Part shown: positions 50,101 through 58,060 of the stretch, piece by piece
Numbering within the stretch: position 1 is the first letter of the stretch
How the letters are laid out: each line of letters starts with the position of its first letter
Assembly (NCBI GenBank): GCA_900755985.1
Contig: CAAEIL010000010.1
Location: 1-60,642 of the forward strand
DNA: 60,642 nucleotides
From: Bacteroidales bacterium
GTDB lineage: Bacteria > Bacteroidota > Bacteroidia > Bacteroidales > Muribaculaceae
Direction: 5' to 3'
The notes under the pieces: generated by a model
Told to the model about the DNA's origin: nothing
What the model saw: the letters and a program-made list of their open reading frames with translations, nothing else
The model's database searches: none
Translations under genes and position numbers: made by a program

Positions 50101-50241
50101 GACAACAGCACATATCTTACCGATCGCGAAAGTACCGGGACAGAAAATTGTAGTGTCACAGATGCAGTTGACGACAGTACCCAAATCATCTATGGCGACA
50201 CCGATTCCGACGAAACAAAAATCATCTACGACAAAAACTAA
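47173..50241 (+). CDS. FAD- and Fe-S-binding oxidoreductase, Dld-II-type D-lactate dehydrogenase, with acidic C-terminal extension
   Basis: FRAAGTSLSGQ, GSEGTLG, GHALEGNYH, KAEHGTGRNM, CIECGFCEVNC, two CCG domains. Confidence 0.82.
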   Translation: MPERDTYKLFVSDLSKTVDRKRIYTDPLRCFGWGTDAGFYRMTPQVVVRAANTKEVSEALKIATRYNLPVTFRAAGTSLSGQSISDSILIVAGKHWEKYEIGDEGNLITLQPGIIGQRVNELLAPYGKQFGPDPASKKSAMVGGIVMNNASGMNCGVHANSDRCLVSIELVLADGTILDTADENSRQAFMLSHGHVIEEICAIRDAIRRNDELVRLIHYKYAIKNVTGLNLLPFVTYEDPFEIIAHCMVGSEGTLGFMSRVTMKTVHLYPFTASAMLYFSDMAEACRAVVAMRKDAPIQSCELLDKKSLSTVHDNTGEGLTALLLETKADTREQLDENIAKVLEVLRPFDMFQQPHFTTDPDEYVAWWAIRSGIFPAVGGTRRPGTTALIEDIAFHIEDLPEATVALADILARSGYDDACIYGHALEGNYHFIISQAFDSPQEIERYRSLMSEIEHLVTERFHGSLKAEHGTGRNMAPFVRHEWGDDAWQMMRRLKQALDPKGLLNPGVIFNPDPECYIKHLKSLPLFYEPADRCIECGFCEVNCVSCGLTLSARQRIAVQREITRLKHTGQEPGRLNLLEKSFRYYGDETCAGDGLCSTSCPMKINTGDLVHAIRQKSLPEGSTGYKIGNWAANHLPSIKGTLRPMLSTANGVRSVIGDKAVNVLGRGLHKLGLPLWNSSLPGAYHRHDMAQQPQASKVVYFPSCINQTMGSTAEGKTKPRPLIDVMVELCNKAGYEVIFPANMNALCCGMIWSSKGMPDIAQRKSDELEKALRTASCDGKYPILCDQSPCLHHMREHMKSLKLFEPAEFIEKFLVPNLIFRPTDTPVAIHVTCSTRRMGLADTIISLARRCSSDVMIPTEVGCCGFTGDKGFTYPELNAWGLRKLRVQIQAAGIKYGYSNSRTCEIGLSANSGIPYKSIAYLVNEVTRPRGYDPAYDEKPAEQDNAELNFGHTEDLYHTDTERLSEFMPKEQIRDNSTYLTDRESTGTENCSVTDAVDDSTQIIYGDTDSDETKIIYDKN

Positions 50242-50278
50242 CAAAATCCTGATTTAACCCTGAATAACTAAAAATCCG

Positions 50279-51496
50279 ATGAAAAAACATTCGACAGCGG
50301 TCGAAGTTGCCGTTCCGGCACACGAGAAACAACGTCCCAAGCGCCTTCTTGCTCTGGACATACTGCGCGGTATCACCATCGCCGGTATGATTCTTGTCAA
50401 CAATCCGGGCTCGTGGGGACATATCTATCCTCCTCTGGAGCATGCCTTGTGGAACGGACTGACACCAACCGACCTGGTTTTCCCCTTCTTCATGTTCATC
50501 ATGGGAGTGTCGACATATTTTTCACTGCGCAAATACGACTTCCGTCTGTCGTGGCCCGCAGCGTGGAAAATATTGCGCCGCACCGTGGTGATATTTCTTA
50601 TAGGCTTGTTCATTGCCTGGTTTGGTCTGTTCCTAAAGCGCTATACAGTCAACGAACTGACATTCTGGGATTCTGTACTTAACTTTGACGACATACGCAT
50701 ACTCGGCGTTATGCCTCGACTGGCCATCTGTTACGGCATAGGCTCGCTTCTTGCACTGGCTATGCGCCGCAAAGGCTTACCATGGCTCATTGCCGGTATG
50801 CTTGTAATCTATGCCATAATATTACTTAGCGGCGACGGCTTCAGTTTTTCGCGACACAACGTAATCGCTGTTGTTGACCGCGCAGTACTCGGAGAGCCGC
50901 ACATGTACTCCGATACAATTGACGGCCTGACGCTGAAGTTCGATCCCGAAGGCTTGTTGTCAACGCTTCCATCGATAGCACACATGCTCATAGGTTTTCT
51001 TTGTGGTGGAATCATTGTCGCCACCAAAGACAACACACTTCGCATCAACAAACTTTTCATCATAGGCACTATACTGACCTTCAGCGGATTCCTCCTCGAT
51101 TTCGGGATGCCTATAAACAAAAAAATCTGGTCGCCGACATTTGTTCTTACTACCTGCGGCCTGGCATCGCTATTTCTGGGACTGCTGATATGGATTATAG
51201 ACATCAAAGGCTACAAGAAATGGTGCCGCTTCTTCGAAGTCTACGGCATCAACCCTCTTTTTATGTACGTACTCGGCGCACTGCTGTCGCAGATTATCTC
51301 CTTTACAAAAATAAGCTGGAGCGGAGCCGAAAGCGGACTCATATCAATCAAAGGTTTCATTTACAAAGCTTGCTTAATTCCCGTCTGCTGCGGCGACGAG
51401 ACTTTAGCCTCGCTTATATTCGCCCTACTGTTCGTTTGCACGACATGGGTTTTCGGTTATTATTTGTATAAAAATAAAATTTACATAAAAATATGA
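50279..51496 (+). CDS. HGSNAT/NagX-like (DUF5009/DUF1624) membrane acetyltransferase
   Basis: RLLALDILRG, LEHALWNG.TPTDLVFPFF, FDPEGLLST, PINKKIWSPTF. Confidence 0.85.
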   Translation: MKKHSTAVEVAVPAHEKQRPKRLLALDILRGITIAGMILVNNPGSWGHIYPPLEHALWNGLTPTDLVFPFFMFIMGVSTYFSLRKYDFRLSWPAAWKILRRTVVIFLIGLFIAWFGLFLKRYTVNELTFWDSVLNFDDIRILGVMPRLAICYGIGSLLALAMRRKGLPWLIAGMLVIYAIILLSGDGFSFSRHNVIAVVDRAVLGEPHMYSDTIDGLTLKFDPEGLLSTLPSIAHMLIGFLCGGIIVATKDNTLRINKLFIIGTILTFSGFLLDFGMPINKKIWSPTFVLTTCGLASLFLGLLIWIIDIKGYKKWCRFFEVYGINPLFMYVLGALLSQIISFTKISWSGAESGLISIKGFIYKACLIPVCCGDETLASLIFALLFVCTTWVFGYYLYKNKIYIKI

Positions 51497-52335
51497 TACT
51501 AATTGCTGACTGTGGAAGTACCAAGATAGACTGGTGCCTCATTGAAAATTCAAAAGTAATCAATCAGGTGTTCACCTGCGGAATGAATGCCGTCATGCTC
51601 ACCGAAGAAGAAATGGCTTCGCGCATCGCCACTGAACTCATGCCCGAGCTGGGGCATCACGACATAGACGCCGTCTACTTCTACGGCGCCGGATGCATCA
51701 GCCCTGAAGTCTGCGGCAACGTAGCCAACGCTATACGCAAATCCATCCCCGCCCCCATAATCGAAGTGCATACCGACCTGCTGGCTGCCGCCCGCGCACT
51801 ATGCGGACACAAACCCGGCATCGCCTGCATCATGGGAACCGGCTCCAACTCGTGCTACTATGACGGCAATGAAATCTGCGACAACGTCTCGCCCTTAGGT
51901 TACATCCTCGGCGACGAAGGCTCGGGTGCCGTCCTTGGCAAGATTCTTGTCGGCGACGTCCTCAAGAATCAACTTCCGGCCGAACTCTGCGACAAATTCC
52001 TCAAGCAGTACGAACTTGACCGTCTGACCATCATACGCCGTGTATATAAAGAGCCTCAGGCCAACCGCTTCTTGGCTTCGGTTACACCCTTCCTTATCCA
52101 GAACATCGAACATCCCGCCATACATGCGCTTGTGCTCAACTCGTTCAAATCGTTCTTTGTACGCAACGTATGCCAGTACAAAGGCTTCAAAGAGCTCAAA
52201 GTCAACTTTATCGGCTCCATTGCCTACTACTACCGCGACATACTCAGCGAAGCCGCACGCGAATGTTGCTGCTCTGTAGGCACCATTATTAAAAGTCCAA
52301 TGGAAGGTCTCATTGCTTTCCACGCCAACAACTGA
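51493..52335 (+). CDS. murK: BadF/BadG/BcrA/BcrD-type amino-sugar kinase (MurNAc/GlcNAc kinase, MurK-like)
   Basis: ILIADCGSTK, FYGAGC, GTGSN, LGYILGDEGSG, FIGSIA; directly upstream of murQ. Confidence 0.75.
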   Translation: MILIADCGSTKIDWCLIENSKVINQVFTCGMNAVMLTEEEMASRIATELMPELGHHDIDAVYFYGAGCISPEVCGNVANAIRKSIPAPIIEVHTDLLAAARALCGHKPGIACIMGTGSNSCYYDGNEICDNVSPLGYILGDEGSGAVLGKILVGDVLKNQLPAELCDKFLKQYELDRLTIIRRVYKEPQANRFLASVTPFLIQNIEHPAIHALVLNSFKSFFVRNVCQYKGFKELKVNFIGSIAYYYRDILSEAARECCCSVGTIIKSPMEGLIAFHANN

Positions 52336-52440
52336 ACACGAACCGATTAGTGGCACGACTTGTCCGGTAACGATTTGCCTCGCAGGCTAATTCCACATCA
52401 TTTTATTTCACAACCATAAAGTCATCCTAACTACAAAGAT

Positions 52441-53259
52441 ATGGCATTTGTCAAAATTTCAGAGCAGCCTTCGCGCTATAACGACCTTGAAAAAAAATCT
52501 GTCGGCGAAATACTGCACGACATCAACAACGAAGATAAAAAAGTAGCATACGCTGTCGAAAAAGCTATACCTCAGATTGAAAAACTCGTCACCGAAATTG
52601 TCGCACGCATGAAACGCGGCGGACGCATCTTCTATATGGGAGCCGGCACATCGGGACGTCTCGGCGTGCTTGACGCATCCGAGATTCCTCCCACATTCGG
52701 CATGGACCCCACGTGGGTCATCGGACTCATTGCCGGCGGTGACATTGCCCTTCGCAACCCTGTAGAAAACGCCGAAGACGATACACTGCAAGGGTGGAAA
52801 GACCTTCAGCAGTTCAACATCAACGACCGCGATACCGTAATAGGCATCGCTGCTTCAGGCACAACGCCATACGTCATCGGCGCTATCAAGGAAGCCCGCA
52901 AACACGGCATACTCACCGCTGCCATCACATCGAATCCCGATGCTCCCGTTTCTGAAGCCGCGGACATCGCCATCGAAATGATTGTCGGCCCTGAATACGT
53001 CACCGGCTCGTCGCGCATGAAATCCGGTACAGGTCAAAAAATGATATGCAACATGATTACCACCTCGGTAATGATTCAGATGGGCCGTGTCAAAGGCAAC
53101 AAGATGGTCAACATGCAACTGTCAAACGCCAAACTTGTCGACCGCGGAACACGCATGGTCGTCGAAGAACTAGGCCTGCCATACGACGATGCCAAACGTC
53201 TGCTGCTGCTGCACGGCTCGGTAAAACCAGCCGTTGACGCTTACAACGCCGACAAATAA
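52441..53259 (+). CDS. murQ: N-acetylmuramic acid 6-phosphate etherase
   Basis: GAGTSGRLGVLDASE.PPTFG, AASGTTPY, GPEYVTGSSRMKSGTGQKM, SNAKLVDRG. Confidence 0.96.
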   Translation: MAFVKISEQPSRYNDLEKKSVGEILHDINNEDKKVAYAVEKAIPQIEKLVTEIVARMKRGGRIFYMGAGTSGRLGVLDASEIPPTFGMDPTWVIGLIAGGDIALRNPVENAEDDTLQGWKDLQQFNINDRDTVIGIAASGTTPYVIGAIKEARKHGILTAAITSNPDAPVSEAADIAIEMIVGPEYVTGSSRMKSGTGQKMICNMITTSVMIQMGRVKGNKMVNMQLSNAKLVDRGTRMVVEELGLPYDDAKRLLLLHGSVKPAVDAYNADK

Positions 53260-53289
53260 CAATATACTGAAATTCAAAAGCTTAGACCC

Positions 53290-53322
53290 AAGGCCTCGCA
53301 GATTATAATTCTGCGTGGCCTT
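53290..53322 (+). terminator. Stem-loop after murQ
   Basis: AAGGCCTCGCAGA / TCTGCGTGGCCTT (one mismatch). Confidence 0.6.
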
Positions 53323-53361
53323 TAGGGTATCTGACACACCCACCCCCAATTTTTACACACT

Positions 53362-54057
53362 ATGAAAGCTAAAATACTTCTAAGTACAGCGCTTGTCATC
53401 GCCATGTGCTCGTGCGCGACTGCTCAGTCTCACGAAAAATCAGACACCCAACCCGCCCCCGCCAAGTATACCGAATTATATTACCAGAGGGCTTCGCTTT
53501 TCAACGCCCTGCCAGTCGACACCAACTCGATTGTCATGCTGGGCAACTCGCTGACCCACGGATGTGAATGGCACGAACTCTTCGGGATGCCCAACATACT
53601 CAACCGTGGCATCAACGGTGACATCGTACAGGGCGTACGCGAACGCGTCGACCATATTGTTCAGGGACACCCCAAAAAGATATTCCTGCTAACCGGTGTC
53701 AACGACGTCAGTCACAATCTAACCGCCGACTCCATAGCAACGGCTCTTGGCAACCTAATAAAATACATTCGGGCCCAGTCTCCTCAGACACATCTTTATG
53801 TCGAGTCGCTGCTTCCCATCAACAATTCGTTCGGACGCTATAAAGCCATCTTCGGCAAGGAGCTGGTTATCCGCGACATCAACGCAAAACTCGAAGGCAT
53901 AGCCAAAGAAAACGGCGCGACATGGATTAATATCAATCCCTACTTCGCCGACAAAGATGGCAACCTCCGCGCCGACCTCACAAACGACGGTCTGCATCTG
54001 CTCGCTCCCGGATATATGATATGGAAAGAGCTGCTGCTCCCCTATATCAAAGAATAA
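53362..54057 (+). CDS. SGNH/GDSL acetylesterase, exported (possible lipoprotein)
   Basis: GNSLT, NRGING, GVND, DGLH blocks; signal peptide ending MCSC. Confidence 0.88.
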   Translation: MKAKILLSTALVIAMCSCATAQSHEKSDTQPAPAKYTELYYQRASLFNALPVDTNSIVMLGNSLTHGCEWHELFGMPNILNRGINGDIVQGVRERVDHIVQGHPKKIFLLTGVNDVSHNLTADSIATALGNLIKYIRAQSPQTHLYVESLLPINNSFGRYKAIFGKELVIRDINAKLEGIAKENGATWININPYFADKDGNLRADLTNDGLHLLAPGYMIWKELLLPYIKE

Positions 54058-54251
54058 TCCAACAAGGCGTTTGACTTCGGCCCGGCGTACTGACCAAAAT
54101 CATTGGGGGACAAAAATCACCCCGAACCATTTTGCACATCAGATTGTTAACAATTCGTGTCGAAAGTGTACATCTGCACCGGGCCTGCCGGGTATGAACA
54201 CACCGTCGGCATCACTTTCAACTATTTCATCACATTTATCGGAGCCCGCAA

Positions 54252-56579
54252 ATGGGACATATTCGATTTTTTGTATCTATCTTAGTTTTACTCTGCTACC
54301 CGACGGTGTCGGCGACACCATCGGGTAGCCAAACTTTTGACAGCGGAGAACCTCAGTCAGTCGGTCTTGTGCTTAGCGGCGGGGGTGCCAAAGGTATTGC
54401 ACATATAGGCGTAATCCGCGCACTCGAAGAAAACGATATTCCCATCGACTATATAACGGGGACCTCCATGGGAGCCATCGTCGGCAGTCTGTATGCTATG
54501 GGCTACACCCCGGACGAGATGATAGAACTTATACTCTCACCCGAGTTCGGATACTGGTCGACCGGCGTCTTCGATCCTTCAAAAGTTTACTATTTCAGCC
54601 GTCAGGCCCCTACTCCGTCAATGTTCAGTTTCTCTATACCGACGGGTAGGAGAGAGACAGACTCGATACCGGCGTCAATAATATCTCCTATACCTATGAA
54701 CTTCGGATTCATGGAACTGTTTTCGGCCTGCACAGCACAGTGCGGCGGCGACTTCAACCGTCTGTTCGTACCTTTCCGCTGCGTGGCTTCGGACGTTGCA
54801 GCCGGCCACAAGGTGGTATTGTCACACGGCTCGCTCGGCGATGCCGTACGCGCCTCCATGTCTTTCCCTATTGTGTTCCAGCCCACACGAGTCGATGGAG
54901 CACTGCTGTATGACGGCGGAATTTTCGATAACTTTCCGGTCGACGTAATGAAATCCGACTTCTCGCCCGACATAATGATTGGCGTCGATGTCTCCACTCC
55001 GGTCAACGGACCTCAGGTTTCGCTCATGGACCAAATAGACAATCTGGTGATGCATCAGCAGGACTATGCACTCGACCCGCGCTTGGGTATCAAAATCAAA
55101 ATCGACCTGCATCAGTTTGCTCTGCTCGATTTCCCCCAAGCCCGCAAAATTGCACAGATAGGCTACGACAAAGCCATGGCAATGATGGATTCGATTAAGG
55201 GCCGCGTAACTTCGCGCATATCGCCGTTAGCCAGAAAGACAGCGCGTGGTGCGTTCCGCACCCGTACACCCAGGCTGCGGTTCGATTCGGTATGTGTTTC
55301 CGGAGGGACACCTCGTCAAAACGAGTACATCACTTACCTGTTTGACAGCGACGAAAACAACCGCGACACATTCGACATAGCTCATGCCCGCCAGTCGTAC
55401 TATCGGGCAATCTCGGCCGGTCGTCTGCGTGACCTTGTTCCGACCGCCGTCTACAATCCGTCATCAGACTTGTTTACACTCAACGTAGCCATGTCCGTCA
55501 AAGACAAACTCAATCTCGGCATCGGCGGTTACATAACATCTTCCCAAAATTCGTATCTGTACTTAGGCACAGGATTCAATACTCTCAGTTTTCAGTCTGT
55601 AAGCGCAGCCTTAGGTGCATGGCTGGGACAAAGCTACATCGGCGCCAAAGCAGACGCCGGCATTAGCCTGCATACACAACATCCGTCAGCACTGACCCTG
55701 ACAGCGGTAGCCTCGCGACAGCGTTTTGTCCAGAATGACAACCTCTTCTATCAGACAAGTACACCAACCTTCCTCACCGACAACGAATATTATGGACGTC
55801 TGGCGTTCGAGACTGCCGCAGGTTGGCGTGGCAAATTTGCCTTAGGAGCGGGGTTCGGGCATATTTTTGACTCATTTTATCGTTCAAGCACAGACCATAT
55901 TCCCGGTCGTGACCACACTCGCTATAACCTTTGGCAGGCATTAATACGCTACACGTCCAATACACTCGACAACGAACAGTTCCCGACACGAGGCGCGGCA
56001 TATAATTTTTGCGGTATGGGACTAACAGGCAACTATCGCTTCACTCCATCTGTATCTGACGAACTATTCAGCGGCGAAAGCAAAGACGTACGCTGGCTGC
56101 AGCTCGAACTCCGCTCGCGCAACTATTTTGACATTTCAAGACATTTCTCACTGGGTCTCGAAGGTGATATCATGCTGTCTACACGCAAGCTTCAGTCGAC
56201 CTACAATGCCTCAATCGTCACAGCACCCGTGTATACACCTACCAATGCCTCGAACAATATCTTTAACCCGTCATTGCGTGCCAATTCTTTTATAGCCGCC
56301 GGTGTCGTACCGATATACAAATACTCGTCCAATCTTACAGCGAGGCTTATGGTTGACTGCTTCATGCCACTGCGCAAAATTAAAGCGGCCCGCGACTTTA
56401 AAGCCGAATATGGCAGATGGTTGTCAAATCCCGAATTTTTCAGCGAACTTGACATCAGCTACTCCTTCCCCTTTGCTACCCTGTCAGCCTATGTAAACTA
56501 CGTCAGCAACGGTCCGCGCAACTGGAATGCCGGTATAACCCTCGGCGTATTCCTTCTGGCACCGCGCTTCCTGCGCTAA
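54252..56579 (+). CDS. Patatin-like phospholipase with C-terminal POTRA/beta-barrel (PlpD-like)
   Basis: LSGGGAKG, GTSMG, DGG; amphipathic-strand C-terminal half. Confidence 0.88.
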   Translation: MGHIRFFVSILVLLCYPTVSATPSGSQTFDSGEPQSVGLVLSGGGAKGIAHIGVIRALEENDIPIDYITGTSMGAIVGSLYAMGYTPDEMIELILSPEFGYWSTGVFDPSKVYYFSRQAPTPSMFSFSIPTGRRETDSIPASIISPIPMNFGFMELFSACTAQCGGDFNRLFVPFRCVASDVAAGHKVVLSHGSLGDAVRASMSFPIVFQPTRVDGALLYDGGIFDNFPVDVMKSDFSPDIMIGVDVSTPVNGPQVSLMDQIDNLVMHQQDYALDPRLGIKIKIDLHQFALLDFPQARKIAQIGYDKAMAMMDSIKGRVTSRISPLARKTARGAFRTRTPRLRFDSVCVSGGTPRQNEYITYLFDSDENNRDTFDIAHARQSYYRAISAGRLRDLVPTAVYNPSSDLFTLNVAMSVKDKLNLGIGGYITSSQNSYLYLGTGFNTLSFQSVSAALGAWLGQSYIGAKADAGISLHTQHPSALTLTAVASRQRFVQNDNLFYQTSTPTFLTDNEYYGRLAFETAAGWRGKFALGAGFGHIFDSFYRSSTDHIPGRDHTRYNLWQALIRYTSNTLDNEQFPTRGAAYNFCGMGLTGNYRFTPSVSDELFSGESKDVRWLQLELRSRNYFDISRHFSLGLEGDIMLSTRKLQSTYNASIVTAPVYTPTNASNNIFNPSLRANSFIAAGVVPIYKYSSNLTARLMVDCFMPLRKIKAARDFKAEYGRWLSNPEFFSELDISYSFPFATLSAYVNYVSNGPRNWNAGITLGVFLLAPRFLR

Positions 56580-56929
56580 GGTCATTGCTTAAGACTGGCA
56601 CCACTCCCCTCTCCTTCAAAGATTAAAGGCTTTAAAGGATCGAAAACTACTAATTTCATCGCACACAACCATTCTTAACCTATAAAAAATATTTCTTGAA
56701 GTTTTTGCTCCCTTTCAATTCCCATTCACCGGAGAATGGAGCTTTGCGGAGCAAAGCGCTTCGCGATGGTATCGAAACTGTCGAGCCCGTCGTCAAACTC
56801 CATGTAATCGTCCACGGCATCGACATCGTACTTGTTGGACTAGCCGGGCGGGATTCTACTTCGATGCGGTGCGGGCCTGTCTTGAAAGAAACGGAGTGGT
56901 CGCAAATATCAGCATCAGCGGGCTATGAC

Positions 56930-57192
56930 ACGTGGAGTCAGCTGATAACTCTGATAATTCTGACATGGCTGAAACACATCGCCAAGTACACACAACGGGC
57001 GATGGCCAATTTCTTTGTTTCTCTGCGGCTTAACACATTTACCAAGATTGACCTCAATAAATGGCTTGACGAGCCATTCACACCTCCACCGAAGAAGCGA
57101 TTTTTACATAGGGTGATTATTCTGATGTGATATTTGCAAAGGTTGATGCCTCTGCAAGTTGAACCGCGCTCAAAAATTATTTAGGACAATAT
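56930..57192 (+). pseudogene. IS4-family transposase C-terminal remnant plus right end
   Basis: WSQLITLIILTWLKHIAKY...ANFFVSLRLNTFTKIDLNKWLDEPFTPP resembles, from memory, C-termini of Bacteroidota IS4 (DUF4372-type) transposases. Followed by an end sequence ...TTTAGGACAATAT that is repeated inverted at 60278-60337. No DDE core. Confidence 0.6.
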
Positions 57193-57243
57193 CGATTTTT
57201 ACGCATTTTTTCTGTTTAATTTCAGTAAAATAGACGCAAAAGT

Positions 57244-57274
57244 TTTGTCGCGTCAACAAAAAGCATTACCTTTG
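57244..57274 (+). promoter_or_regulatory. Primary-sigma promoter for rpsP
   Basis: TTTG (57244-47), 19 nt spacer, TACCTTTG (57267-74). Confidence 0.8.
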
Positions 57275-57321
57275 CGGTCGCTAAACAATACAAAACTCAA
57301 TATTTATTAAAATTATTTTTA

Positions 57322-57870
57322 ATGGCAACAAAAATCAGACTGCAACGTCATGGTCGCAAAAACTATGCGTTCTATCCTATTGTTATCGCCGATAGCAGGG
57401 CACCACGAGATGGTAGATTTATTGAAAGGATAGGTTCTTATAATCCGAACACTAATCCTGCTACAATTAACCTCAACTTCGAGCGGGCTTTGTATTGGGT
57501 TAACTGCGGTGCTGAACCCACCGACACCGTACGCACCATCCTTTCGGACGAAGGCGTACTCTTGATGAAACACCTTCAGGGCGGCGTCAAAAAAGGCGCT
57601 TTCGACGAAGCCGAGCTTCAGCGTCGCTTCAACGCCTGGAAGGAAGCTAAAGTAAAAAAAGTCGAAAACCTCAAAGCTTCTATGGCTTCGAAAAAACAGG
57701 AAGACGCCGCCAATCGTCTGGCTGCCGAAACTGCCAAGAACAACGCCAAAGCTGAGGAAGTCGCTAAAAAGAAAGCTGAACTCGCTGCCGCAAAAGCCGA
57801 AGAAGAAGCTGCCGCTGCCGCAGAGAATCAGCCTGCAGAAGAAGCCACTGAAGCTCCCGCTGCCGAATAA
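57322..57870 (+). CDS. rpsP: 30S ribosomal protein S16
   Basis: [29 protein letters not shown]; Ala/Glu/Lys-rich tail. Confidence 0.98.
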   Translation: MATKIRLQRHGRKNYAFYPIVIADSRAPRDGRFIERIGSYNPNTNPATINLNFERALYWVNCGAEPTDTVRTILSDEGVLLMKHLQGGVKKGAFDEAELQRRFNAWKEAKVKKVENLKASMASKKQEDAANRLAAETAKNNAKAEEVAKKKAELAAAKAEEEAAAAAENQPAEEATEAPAAE

Positions 57871-57890
57871 AGCACTCTTTCGCAACCTAC

Positions 57891-57925
57891 AAAAGCGGCA
57901 TCCAATTCTCAGGGATGTCGCTTTT
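57891..57925 (+). terminator. Rho-independent terminator
   Basis: AAAAGCGGCATCC / GGATGTCGCTTTT. Confidence 0.8.
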
Positions 57926-58060
57926 ATTATATCAGCAGCATTGTGTTGGCTATCTTCGCCACCATCAATGGCGGCCGCTTAAATACGCCATCGCGGAAAC
58001 AGATATCAACGAGACTCCCTATAACAGACCTAAACCTCTTATTAATCACATCTTTATTAA

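Noticed and set aside
54143..54154. ATTGTTAACAAT palindrome upstream of the patatin gene
   Set aside because: Short, AT-only dyad apart from one GC pair, with no second instance or assignable regulator.
56880..56950. AraC-like HTH reading of KETEWSQISASAGYDTWSQL
   Set aside because: Too short and degenerate; the downstream sequence fits a transposase tail better.
57322..57870. Long Ala/Glu/Lys tail on S16 and the antisense 188-aa ORF
   Set aside because: Extended S16 is normal in Bacteroidota; the antisense ORF is a shadow.
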